Shown one piece after another: positions 11,901 through 23,793 of a stretch of DNA of 64,000 nt (its first letter is position 1; each line of letters begins with the position of its first letter). Made by a program: the position numbers and the translations under genes. The DNA comes from Fimbriosthenelais zetlandica (Eukaryota): NCBI GenBank assembly GCA_977030845.1, contig OZ365118.1, positions 16,678,001-16,742,000 on the forward strand, written 5' to 3'. The notes beneath the pieces are model-generated. The model was not told the DNA's origin and searched no databases. It saw only the letters and a program-made list of their open reading frames with translations.

Positions 11901-12684
11901 TTTGGCATCATGGACCTACCACTTTATTGAAAAGTGTGAAGAGCTTAGGACAGTACCCGTTTTGTTTCTGAGTGCTTGCCCCGACTATCTAGCTAATCTC
12001 GACGAGGACACAGATTTTAACATGGTACGAGTGGAATCTCTGTTGTCATAATGATGTTATCGACAGTCATTGAGGTAGAATTTTAATCGGAGTTTGGAAT
12101 ATTACTCCATGGAATATTGCTGCTTGCCTCGAGTAAAAATTGAGAGACAGAGCAATGCCAAGTCCTGGCTTAATTTGCAGGAGGGGCGGGTACGTTTATG
12201 AACGTTTAAAACCCGCGCCAGTAGGCCTAAGTCACATGATGTGTCATATCGATATCTAGGTCATTTCCTGTTGACAAGAACGTTGTCCTATTTAATCCTG
12301 AAAAATACATTTGTGTTAGGCAGAAATACTAATGCGTATATTACTATGTATGTATCCAGATATTAGCGAATTAACATTAATTATTCGTCATTGTAAGTAG
12401 ATATAGAAGCCCAGAAGGGCCCTGCAGTGTGTTAGCTTTAAACAGATGCTGTATATATACGAGTGTTAAGGTCAGTGCCCGGCCCTTCTCATTTATTTCT
12501 GTGGCAGCCACAAATACCCAGGAAACAGCCTGAAGTAGCAGAGCCATGCCATCAGTGGATACGAGAATTACCGGGCAAAGTAACAAAAAGACACTAATTG
12601 GTTTACTGGAAATCACTCCAATAGAACATTGTTGTATAACAAGGCCTCCCCCTGTAGCTAACAGCCACCTCTTCCGCCTTACTC

Positions 12685-12685
<1 letters not shown>

Positions 12686-12725
<40 letters not shown>

Positions 12726-12730
12726 CTCTC
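12686..12730. repeat. (CT)n microsatellite
   Basis: Direct inspection. Confidence 0.95.
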
Positions 12731-13109
12731 ACACCATCTCAAGATCATGCTCGTTATTCCGCCAAAGTACCCCAAGGAAATCATAAGGCGCGGTGTTTAT
12801 CATTAGCTGAACTAGAGGAATGAATGTCAACTGTCCCTACCGCCAGTCATACAACTGGCCAACATGCCCTCATGCACCTCCCCCAGGGTCCATCACTAAA
12901 AATGACAAAGGTTTCCATCCACTAAGCTATATTTTCAACCATGGTAATTGACTTTATAACTATCATATTTGTGTTGAACTTTAGCAATGGATCTTAGCAC
13001 TCAAGCCAGGCTCTGATGCCTCTGAGGTCTTAAGGGGTAGTTCACGAGTATCCATAGAAATCCTTCAAGAGTGGGTGGAGCATTAGCTTTGTGGGTTTTG
13101 TCTTTAATC

Positions 13110-13335
13110 ATTGTGGGGGAAGGAAGGACACTATACTGTGGGTCGGTCAGATGTAATGCATGTAGATGAATGTTGGGTTGGGTTGAATGTTTGGTGAGCG
13201 GAAGACTGGTTGACGGATGGACCCATCCTTCTACACTAGTCAGACCAGTGTCGGAACATGCATGGCATTGTCCCCATTGTCTTGTCAACAATCCAAACAG
13301 GAATCCCTACCTGGTGGAACTTGGTATTCCGGGCA
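13110..13335 (+). mobile_element. Possible decayed GIY-YIG endonuclease (Penelope-like) fragment
   Basis: TLYCGSVRCNACR*MLG ... RPVSEHAWHCPH loosely fits the YxxxCxxC..G ... PVxEH..H pattern. Weak. Confidence 0.22.
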
Positions 13336-13395
13336 CTTAGAACAATTGGTCTTTTTTTAAAGCAATTTATACTAAATGTTACATGTGGTTTAGAC

Positions 13396-13524
13396 CCCCT
13401 CACTCACTCCCTCAGTCTCTCCCTTTCTCTCCATCTCCTCTCTTTCCCTCCCTCTACTCTCTCTCCCTCCCTCTCCTATCATCTCCCTCCCTCTCATCTC
13501 ACTTCCTCTCCTCTCTCTCTCTCT
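13396..13524. repeat. CT-rich polypyrimidine low-complexity tract
   Basis: Direct inspection. Confidence 0.9.
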
Positions 13525-16500
13525 GATAATGAAGCGGACAGACTTCAAATATAGCCAGCTTCAAATATAAATCAATTATTCCTTCACGAGGCTAAACTTT
13601 TCATGATCACAGATCACAGATTATACTGTCTTTCCCTCTGCCTACCAATAGCTGTAGCGAATATCAACAAGAGAGGAGGGATATCTACAATAGTGCCTCT
13701 AATGAAATCTCTGGACATTTAATACAGAGTGAATGGACCTAATTTACTTCCGTTCGGCAAGGCCTTTTTATCACCTCCTTACCAGAAGACTTTCCCTCTC
13801 GCCACAGGAAGCGATCCCCGATTCCAAATCGCCCCATTCATAATTCCCTTTCATAACTTATACCGGTGTATTTTTCCCCCCATTAAACTTTACACGACTT
13901 CAGAAGTCTTGCATACAGTAGAGATCTTGAGAGAGATTGAGATTTCTCAACGCCCCCAGAATTAAAATTTGCTGTATCGAATTTCTTAATATAATCAGGC
14001 AAGGAAATATTACTTTCCTCTTGGACTTTCTATTTAATTTAACTGCATCAAGAGCTGAAATTTGGTGCAACATTGAGAAAATAAGCAGAATGTAATCTTC
14101 TCTAACTATTACGGAATGATTGACTTTGAGATGAATTTCCATCAAATACTTACTCTATTTATTCTCAATTTCGCAAACCGTCAGTGTTGTATTGCTGCTC
14201 ATTTCGAAATATATTCATATCGATTTGGATCAGGTTACAATTCATTACCTCTCCAAAATATGATAAAAATCTTCTTTATGAATATATATATGCAAGTTAG
14301 GCAAACAAATCTATGCACACTGAAAGAGTTTTCATCGTGATATTGCCTGTCATGTGATATTTATATAAAGCAATCTGATATGCGGGGTTTAAATTTCCCA
14401 ACATTTTAAAATACAATATTGAAAACCATTGTTGGTTTGTGTATCACGTACTATTATTGTTATATTTATTATACTTTTAAGAATCCAGGAGTAATATTAG
14501 GGTCCCACACAAGCAGTTTATCGGAGATCTACTGTTTTGTGATCTGGGGCCGATAGCACCCCCTTCAAAAGTGTCGTCCAAGAGGGTGATCTAAACCGAT
14601 TAATGCAGTGGGATATGCCCCCATAATAATTAATTCCATAACTATAAAATCATTCTAGTAGAGCCCTAGATATACGTGTATTCCTCTAATAACAATGTCG
14701 TGTCTTGAGTTGCAACAACATAAGAGACACATTTCCCATGTGCCATTCCTAATGTAGCTTTTCCGAAGAGTTCCCCGAGAGAGGAAGAAACAGAAGGCCG
14801 GGGAAGAGCTTCTCATACCATATCCTTTATTCATGCGCCTCGGTAAGCTTCCCTTTTACGACAATACATGGAGCACAGATCTGACAAACCTGATTTTCTC
14901 CTCCCTCTTTCCTTGCACGACTCTAGCGACACCTAGTTAAGGCCTGCACCGGGCGTTATCACCATAGTGCCATCTGTCCTACTTCCGCTGCTTTTATTGT
15001 TCCTTTTCCTGCTGCATCATTCAGCCTGACTCTGTCAAGGTTTTACCTTATCTGATTACCCTTATATACGGGCCTCTGATGTGGCAAGTTGTGTGTATGT
15101 ATGCAACATGTATAGATGCTAATACATACAGATGAATAAAGCAAAACGTGATAGAAAAATAGTGGTACAGTCATACTGCTAGAATACCTGCTAGAGGAAC
15201 GATCAAAGTGGCCTACCAGGCACTGGTGGCCAAGACTGGTGGCCACTAAACCATTGCTGTCAAAGCGTTCACTAGGGTTCAGATAAGCCTTCCTCCTTGT
15301 TGCCACAGTACTTATCACAAAAACAAAAACCTGCTGTCAACCTTGCCACAGTACTGTGTTATAGTACTTAAGACCTATACTTTAGTATTACTTTGTCACG
15401 AACATTACATCACCCTGTCCCTTACTGTCAAAGTACATAGTCAATGACATCACATCCCTTTCGTTGTTGCGTATCGGAATACCTTAGTAGCTTCTGCCCG
15501 TGAACTGAGTGTTTTTAAATGAGAAAAAAATGTAAAAAAGCCATCAACCATTTCTTTAGGCCAAGAACATGTTTTCAAGAACTTGTTTAATCGATGTTTA
15601 TGACATCGATTGAGGATCTCTTCATAGTTAAAGGGGCATGCAAGAATGGATTCATGACACATTCGGCACTGAGTCGCAAACCATAAATTTCTTAGATTAA
15701 CTCACACATCAATATTTGTCTTCATTATAAACGAAAATTCAAAATAAATTGGGCAAATAAAAGCCAGCATTATGAGGGAGGTGAAGGGAAATTAAGTCCA
15801 AGCTGAAAGAGCTCCTCCTGCATGCTGCCTGCGTGCGAGACCACTTTTTCCCGCCTTTCTGAGCTAAAAAACTCAGTGGAGATCAATTAAACCTGATGTT
15901 AATTATTCATCTTCGGTAATTAAGAAGCCTCAGCAGTCTGCGGAGATGAATGCTTGTATCATTACGAACATGCCTTCGGTATTTGAGCTCCACAATTGAG
16001 ATAATTGCAGAAAAATAACCTAGTTGGATTTTGGAGTGTAGTACTTATTTGCTCTGGGATTTTTGCACTTGATGAAGCGGAAAAAGATATTGGGGGAGGG
16101 TATGTACATGGCCTCATTTCCTTTCTACTTCATTTCGCTGATAATAAGTTGCTTGTGTACCTCATTATGCGGGGCTTTCTCTCCGGCTCTGTCCCCTTTT
16201 CTATCCATCTGCCAGTGAGTCTATCCTATTATTTTTCTACTCTCAACTCTTCATTCTCAGCTTGTTCTCAGTTTCTCGTACTTTATCAGAACGATTCCTT
16301 TTACCATCTTCATGAAATGACATGTGAATGTCTTTCGACCTTTCCTTATGCACATATACATTTTTGTACACATCCATTTCCTACATGCCGTGGCCCTCCC
16401 TCTCTCCTAGATTGTTCCTGTCTTAAAGCCTCTTCAACTGATAAAGACTGATTTCCCCTGCAATTGCTTGGAAATTCAGATTCAAAATAATCTGAATATT

Positions 16501-16672
16501 TTCGCCCAATTTCACTGATGATTTGCTTTTGTAATCTGGGATGGGCTCATTTGTTGGAGTTGGGCTGGCGGAAAAACGATGGTCACTATGGCATGACAAG
16601 ATTGGACAGATATTCAAGGGTGTGAAAAGTCACTTTTTTGTCTCAAATTTTAAGTTTCAAAAGGTCCATATA

Positions 16673-17666
16673 CAGTGCACCCTCGCTATACCGCCCCTCG
16701 ATATAACGCCACCCTCGCTTACCGCCATGCTTTTACCCAGAACGGATTTCCGCCCATGTTATTTCCCTCGATAAAGCGCCACCCTCGCTTTCCGCCATCC
16801 GCCATGTTATTTGGGGGACGAAAAGTCCTCCTCACCTCGTTATACCGCCACTGGTGACGATTTTCTACCTGGCTTGTTACAACAAGCTAAGAGATTAAGG
16901 GGCGGGCTATTGCTAAACAAACATGTGGCGGCGTCTCTGTACCAACACCCTTTCATTAATCGAGACAAGCCTCACTTGATATCATTTTTAGACGGCAGTT
17001 AAAGATCACCAGATAATTTATAGCCTATATGAGTTACTAAGACATAATCACTAATGATTAAATTGATGACAAATGTTTTATGTTATTCTAATTATACAAA
17101 TAGTATTTTAAAACTAGCTAGGAATAATCCAATATTCATTCATTTTGGCGCTCTAATTCTCCATACAAATTTACACAAAATAAAACAAATAAGAATTCAA
17201 AGAATTTGGGAATTAAAGAAATATCTTTTTTTTTAAACATGCTTTGGTCATTCACCATAATTATATTAAACTCAGTTCTGTTAACGATAGATATGTAGAG
17301 ATTTAAAACAATATTTAAACAATATTTGAAACCATATCATTCAGGAACTTGCTTTAAATTGTTTAATTGATGAGCCCCAATTTCCTAAAACCACATCTCC
17401 AAGGTTTAATATTGGTACTATTTTCTCTATTTTTTAGATTTAGACGCATATTCTACATTTGGAAAGATCACTCTTTTCAATTTACAAATTAAAGGCTATG
17501 CGAGTTAATATATTTTACTTTAAATTATTATACATTTAGGCCTACTAACATGCATACATGTACAATGTATTACGTAAGAGATTTGCCATTTCGCTATACC
17601 GCCACCCTCGCTATACCGCCACTTTTGGCTAGGTACCAAAGGTGGCGGTATAGCGAGGGTGCACTG
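16673..17666. mobile_element. Non-autonomous Tc1/mariner (pogo/Tigger-like) DNA transposon, 994 bp
   Basis: Perfect 23-bp TIR CAGTGCACCCTCGCTATACCGCC at both ends. TA target duplication at 16671-72 and 17667-68. Several subterminal (acc)ctcgctataccgcc repeats, an AT-rich interior and no transposase ORF. Confidence 0.92.
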
Positions 17667-18337
17667 TAAATCTCTCAATGTAACATAAGCAAATCACACT
17701 CAACAGAACCACATTTAATGAAATGGAAAGCTACAGTTTCCAATTCACAAACCAAGCAGGGGAACAGTTTTGAGCTCAAACTAACTCCATTTTTTTCTGT
17801 CAACAACTTATATTTGTCCAAAAAAAAAGTAGGAAGATGTCATAGCTGAGGAGGACATGTGAAGCCATGTCTGGGAGGAGGACATGTGAAGCCGACCAGT
17901 CATCCGAAACAGCCACTACATCATAACCAGAAAGACTTTATTATGTAGAGTCCACTAGCCGTAACTCGCCAACAATAGTCAGCTATAATTACAACCAGCT
18001 GCAGATGATGCCTTCTCTTTGCTTTTTCCCATTTTAAAAGCCATTAGCGAGATTGATTTCTGCAAGAAAACCTGATCTACTTAAGCTTGGGATGTGCGGT
18101 TTTCTGAGTGGTCCGGAGGGCATTTTCATTCCATTTTTCCATCCATTTTTTCAACCGCTTTCCCCTCTCTGTTCACAGTGGAGAATGCCATGAGGAACCA
18201 ATAATAAGCCATCATTTTCAAAGAAAAAAGTATACCTGTGGTCGAGGGCGGGCGGTGGACCATGTCTAAGCTCCAGGGCTCCGTTAGGAAGGCCCAACTT
18301 GCTTGGAGCTGAGGCAGGCAAAGCCAGTCCATCGATT

Positions 18338-18468
18338 GACAACCAACCACACCGATGGGAAGGTGTAATTGGCAAATCAACGTTGTCGCTCAACAGGTAT
18401 TCCCATATTAGTGACCAAATGTGGGTCTGTCCCTGGGGAGGGCCGAGGCCGGGAGGAGTTGAGTGGTC
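18338..18468 (+). repeat. 131-bp inverted duplication, left copy
   Basis: About 90% identical to the reverse complement of 21489-21621 by manual alignment. Confidence 0.92.
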
Positions 18469-19259
18469 CAAGCTGGCAGACTGGTGGACACTGTCCACAA
18501 GTGATGGGCGGTAATGAATGTCCACTTGGTGGTCGCCATCCATCTCCATATGACTGGGTTGGGGGTCTGTTCGCATCGATCGATACGCACGTAGAGATGC
18601 TTTCATTGATATGTATTATGGATTTTTACGTAGAATATGGTGGTGGAGGCGGGGTGGTGTGTGGAAGTGAGTGGACCTGAGGCTATAGGCATGTCCATAT
18701 CTATTTTCAACCTCAATGCATATCGATGGATGCATATTCTGAAATTATCATGCATGGGCCCATAGAAGGTGTTAAAACATCCATTTTCTCTCAAAGGTCT
18801 CATCAGTCTGTGTTCAAATGGGTAAAATACCCAGGAAAATCTCACAGAACTAGCAATTAATGTCTGTTCTTTTTACTGCCCAAAATCTTCCTTGATCGTT
18901 TCATAAAACACCTTCTGAAAGATAGATGTTTTCTGCAGGCAATCATCTGCTGAAACCAACTGAAATAATTGGACGATTTGAGTCCAAAAAATACAAAAAG
19001 TAGGCAGACAACTAGCTCCTCTTTCCATCCTATTATGTCTTTCCAGACTGACTAGCCCTGGAATCATTTCGACCTTCCTCGTTCTTTTGCTGTTTGTCAT
19101 CCGTATAGAGGACGGGTCCAGTAGCTATCTCTATAAATGTAAGAATGGCCATGATATTAACTCAACTATATAAAGGTCACTGCGCCGTTCTGCTAGTGGC
19201 CATTGCCCATCTCCATATAAGACACTTAAAACTATGTTCTAGTGGCAGGCGGGGTCTTT

Positions 19260-19760
19260 ATTAGCAATACAGAGGCCTGGCCTCACCGGCCATCAGCCTC
19301 TACACCTCTCTATTCACCATAAGGTCATGGAAGCTAATGCCTTTATAATAGCGGCAGTCTTCATGCTCTGACCCTGCCAGAGGTCACCTGGATACCAAGT
19401 GAACTGTAGGACTTTGCCAACATTGACCTTTACCAAGTAGGGGAGCCAGCCAAGAACTGGCCATCTATGTCTCCTCCTGGACAAAGGGATCTAATGCATT
19501 TCACTTCCTTTGGGAGAGCCATCTTGAAAAGATTTACAACTTGCAGGTAGTCTGATTTTGGGATGTGTTGCACAGCAGGGAAATGTTGTCAATGGGCGTT
19601 TCTCTAAGGCTTTAGTTTTCGGAGAAAAAGTGCAGGGGACGGGGAGATGGAAAAGAAGAAGCCTGAAAGGTTTTCACTGTGAAGATGTCTGATTTTCCAC
19701 TCTTCTGCTGACAGCGTGGGGAGGTGGCACTCTGGAATGTCCATCTTTTAATGGGTCTTA
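19260..19760 (-). pseudogene. Decayed tyrosine-recombinase-like C-terminal coding remnant
   Basis: One minus frame with a few stops reads EEWKIRHLH...KCIRSLCPGGDIDGQFLAGSPTW*RSMLAKSYSSLGIQVTSGRVR, then after a frameshift NREV*RLMAGEARPLY. This resembles the catalytic R ... (A)xLMxH ... Y tail of tyrosine recombinases. The catalytic His is not preserved. Confidence 0.38.
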
Positions 19761-21488
19761 TCGGATCCCCATTTGGCTGTATTTGCTTTTTTCTACTCTG
19801 CCCCTTTAATGCTTTCATAAATTCTCCACAATACCATCCCTGTATTGACTTACAAGGCCATTTCCCATGAACCCAATTAGGCTTAGAGGACAGTTTCCTA
19901 TATCAGAAATGGATTACAAACACACGGCATAACTAAGGGCAATAAAATTGGTGGTTTATACCCACGGAATCCTCCTGCTTATTATAAGATGGGAATGTAT
20001 TACGGCTCTTAACGTATAATGACTCATACAGAGCTTTGTAAGTTGACATATAGATCCCTGGTGTTGAAGTGTACATCATGTATAAGTCCGCAGGGACTTC
20101 TCCCACCGCCAGCGAATGGAGGCTTTCTATTAGTTAACCAGGCAAAAAGACCAGCAAAACAGAAATAAAGACTAATCCAGACATTTTTCTTATCGATTAT
20201 CATGAGGCTTTACTGTCCACCATGCAACATAGAACGGTCAATGGTAGATCTATTATTTCGAACTACTTTTTGAAGATGGGGTGCATCACTGCATGGCCGG
20301 AATTCCATCTTGATGCAAATGAACAGCTATAACCGGATGCCTTTTGAAAGGCCAATTTCCATTACGGTGAATTATTGTGATTTTAATCGTAATACTTTGA
20401 CCCCTAGTGTTTAGGTCATCCGGCTTTTTGGTCAGCCCATGCATGGTGATGACCCTACCATGGCCTCGGGTCAATGAATGACCCGGACGTTATAGCACCC
20501 TCGGGTTTGCCATCACTTTTGATCTGTATGGTCATGCGCTCAGCCCAAATCCCTGTCCTGCCCAAACTGGCAGATATAAAGCACCATTCCCCGGCTTTAT
20601 TCCCTCCAAGGAGGTCATTGTCAGTACATGTTCTTATTAGGGAATTGGGGTCTTCAATATCAGGAAAAATCGTTATTGTAATATGGGGTGGTACTCCACT
20701 GGGGTTCTTGTCTTGCGAGTGTTACGATTCAAGGTTCATATATTATGCTTATTGTGTCTTATAAGTTTTGAAAGTCAACTTGAAACTAATTAGTACAATG
20801 TACAAGGATGGATTGTCTGCAATGCTTTGTTCTCCCATCAGACACCTTCAACTATTGTCACAAGCAGATTTAGTTTAAAATTTCCACTGGAAAAAATATC
20901 TCTACATCTAAAGTCTGAAACCATCCTATATACTGAACGTAAAAAAACCTCGCCCGACTATACTTCTTTCATCACCCCACTGACAGCTAATGGCCTTTAA
21001 TGTTCCCGTAGTGGCGCTTTGAACTAATTGGTGCTAATAAAATTGGCTGGGAGAAAATTAAGTCTGTCAGGGAAACTGGAGGGTTTATGGCCTCATCAAT
21101 ATCGAGGCAATTCATGTAAATTTCCCCTGGTCTGCTCTCTCCTAACCTTGGCTATATCAGAAAAGTGAAAATACCGAAATTTAGGCCGCGTGTGAAATGA
21201 ATGAAATGAGCTGAGGGATGATGTGGTTTGAATTTTGAGTAGTGAAGGAGTTCATCAATAAAGAACGAGGTAGTTCTGGAGGCTGAGTCTGTTGGCTATG
21301 TAAAAGGTACTGTGGTGGCTCAGCATTTCCAGCAACACTTCTGCTGCCATTCCATAGCATACTGAACTATGTTAGATTTAGCCCTTTGAAAATGCTTTCT
21401 TTTCAGTACTTTGCGGCGCAGAGTTCAGTCTTATTAGTGTGACAGTAAAGTGTGACAGTCTTGATTGTGTCATACGGTCAGAAACTAT

Positions 21489-21621
21489 GACCTCTCAACT
21501 CACCCTGTCCCTCGGCCCTCTCCAGGGACAGACCCACATTTGGTCACCAATAATGGGTATACCTGATGAGCGACAACGTTGATTTGCCAATTACACCTTC
21601 CCATCGGTGTGGCTGGTTGTC
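21489..21621 (-). repeat. 131-bp inverted duplication, right copy
   Basis: Reverse complement of 18338-18468 (about 90%). Confidence 0.92.
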
Positions 21622-22919
21622 GCTCACAATGTGGGGTTTGCCCCCAGGGCGCAAAATAAGTTCAGCCTGTAACGATGTTGTTTTGCAATATGCTCCATTT
21701 ATATATGCAGACCAAAGGTTGGCATCTCAATGTCCTTAGTAATTAATTCCATCACGACTATTGGTGATTATGTTGTATTCTCTCAGAGCAACACAAACAT
21801 TTATCCCTTTCTTCTTCAAGTACATCAGGTCGTCGGTGGTTAAACCAGAACAAACACCAGTATCTGCTGAGATTTATTTCACTTTCAGCCACTTTTGTCA
21901 GTCACGAACCATAAAGATCCGAAGAGAGAAATTTCCTTCCAGGCTTCAGTAAAATTGTGAGCCAGCGCAATAACTCAAAATCATTGCAGGCTCCAAAATA
22001 TCCCTCTTACTTCACTGAGCAAAGGCAAGCGATGTGGGTTTTAGGAAATAAGTCCATTAAATCATTAGTTATCTTTATGAAGATCTTGATGAGATGGGTC
22101 CCGGGGGAGGACCAGGTCTGCCTGGTCTAAAGAACTCATCTGATTTGGGGCCTGACCCTGTGAGCGGTGGGTCGGCCTTGACAGACGAGTGAAGCATGGG
22201 ACAGGATAGGTCTGATGAGGCAGTGCTTAACACCAGAGAGAGCTGCAATCCATTACTTAACCCATTCAAATATGGCTACTTATTACTTACATGATAACCA
22301 TTAGTCTGCCCTGGTGTGCTTCTGTATGTGCGACTACCAATCTCTTAGATTATACATTATGAACCATCCATATTTGAGGGAGCCAACTAGACCAACTGGT
22401 ACCCCAGTTTTACACGTATTATGATAAAATAACCAATTTCTAGTAAAGTAAAGTAACATCTCTTGGACCAGTAAGAGATCTGATTTAGACATGTTCAGTG
22501 AATAACCATAGCAAGCAATTGGTTCAGTTTACTCCTCAGATTGGAATAGAAACCAAAGTAGCACTCGGTGTATGGAGTAAATAAGTTGTAGTGGGAGAGA
22601 AGGCACTTCCCCAGGCCTCTTAGTCCCCTGACATTTTCCACAGCCCACCTTTCCATCACACTCCGTTGAGAGGGAAGCGGAGATTTGATCTATCACTAGA
22701 CAGATACTCAACTCATTTCTTTCCATCTACGCTCTAGGCAACACATCTAGTCCTGGGGACGATATATGTGCATACATGTATACCAAATGCTGGGGATTCA
22801 CCGACAAAGTCTCTACACCTGCACGGATGCAAATATTCAAAACAAATTGGTCTGGGGATTCTCTAGCTTGTAGTTCCATTGGGTTTTTTTGGCCGTGGGA
22901 CATTAGCATCAGTGATAAT

Positions 22920-23095
22920 TCTGTGCGACCTTTGTGTCGCGACTATTTGTATATATATCGCAAAGATCGCCCAAGTTGACCAAGTCGCAAGGGTCATAAG
23001 GGCATCCATGTGACTCTTGGGAGACTTGTGCGACTTTAGCAGAGATGCAAGTAAAAAAAGTTCCGCAAAAGGAGTCGCAAGAGTAGCAAATGACT
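22920..23095. repeat. Degenerate MITE-like repeat with alternating tgcgac/gtcgca motifs
   Basis: tgcgac, gtcgcgac, gtcgca, tgcgac and gtcgca occur within 170 bp. Termini not resolved. Confidence 0.3.
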
Positions 23096-23751
23096 TGGGA
23101 TTCAACCATTAATGAGCAGGGAACTTTCATATTCCATTCCTAGTTGAACTAATATCAACAGAATACCATATTGATAATGATGAGGATGGGTACTCTGTGA
23201 CAAATGCCAGCAATGTCAATTTCTTTCAGTATGCCTAGTAGCTTAATGTCCTCCTTTTAACTTCTTCAGCGCCTTTGCGATGGTATTTTCAACATCGGTC
23301 CTGCATCGGTGTATCACCCTGTGTAAATTTGATATCACTCTTCCATTAAAAAATGCTTCCCCGGTCAGAGCCTTACTGGGTACAGAGGACCGTGTCAGAG
23401 CAGGTCAGGTTCATTTCTGCTTGTGGCTGCTAGTAGCTGGTGGTGGCTGATGTTTTCACCTGCTGTTAGTGACAGAAAGCCATGGCATATATGAACATCC
23501 CATTTCCGTTTGGTCTGTTCTCTATCTCTGTTGAAAAGACTACATGCATAACAGTCGAGAGCCAGTTGTTTATCATGACCTTTTATCCAGGGGGAATAAT
23601 TTCAGCTGGAAATTTTGGGTGATAAATGAACTTTTGAATATTTGTCCCGGATAAATATTGCTCTCTAGGGCAAGGGATAATGGACTAATTTGTAAACATA
23701 AATGGACTCCTTATCATGTATTATTCATCGTATCTTTTTTTTTGTTTTCAG

Positions 23752-23793
23752 ACCTTTGCTGCAAACGGCTGCACTGCTCCTCAAAGAGACCCG
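23752..23793 (+). CDS. Orphan 42-nt candidate exon
   Basis: Strong acceptor tttttttttgttttcag| and consensus donor CCG|GTGAGT; length is a multiple of 3 and all three frames are open. Partner exons not identified. Confidence 0.45.

Noticed and set aside
14758-14842. Candidate exon ending at CG|GTAAGC
   Set aside because: The acceptor is weak, there is no recognisable peptide, and no partner exon was found.
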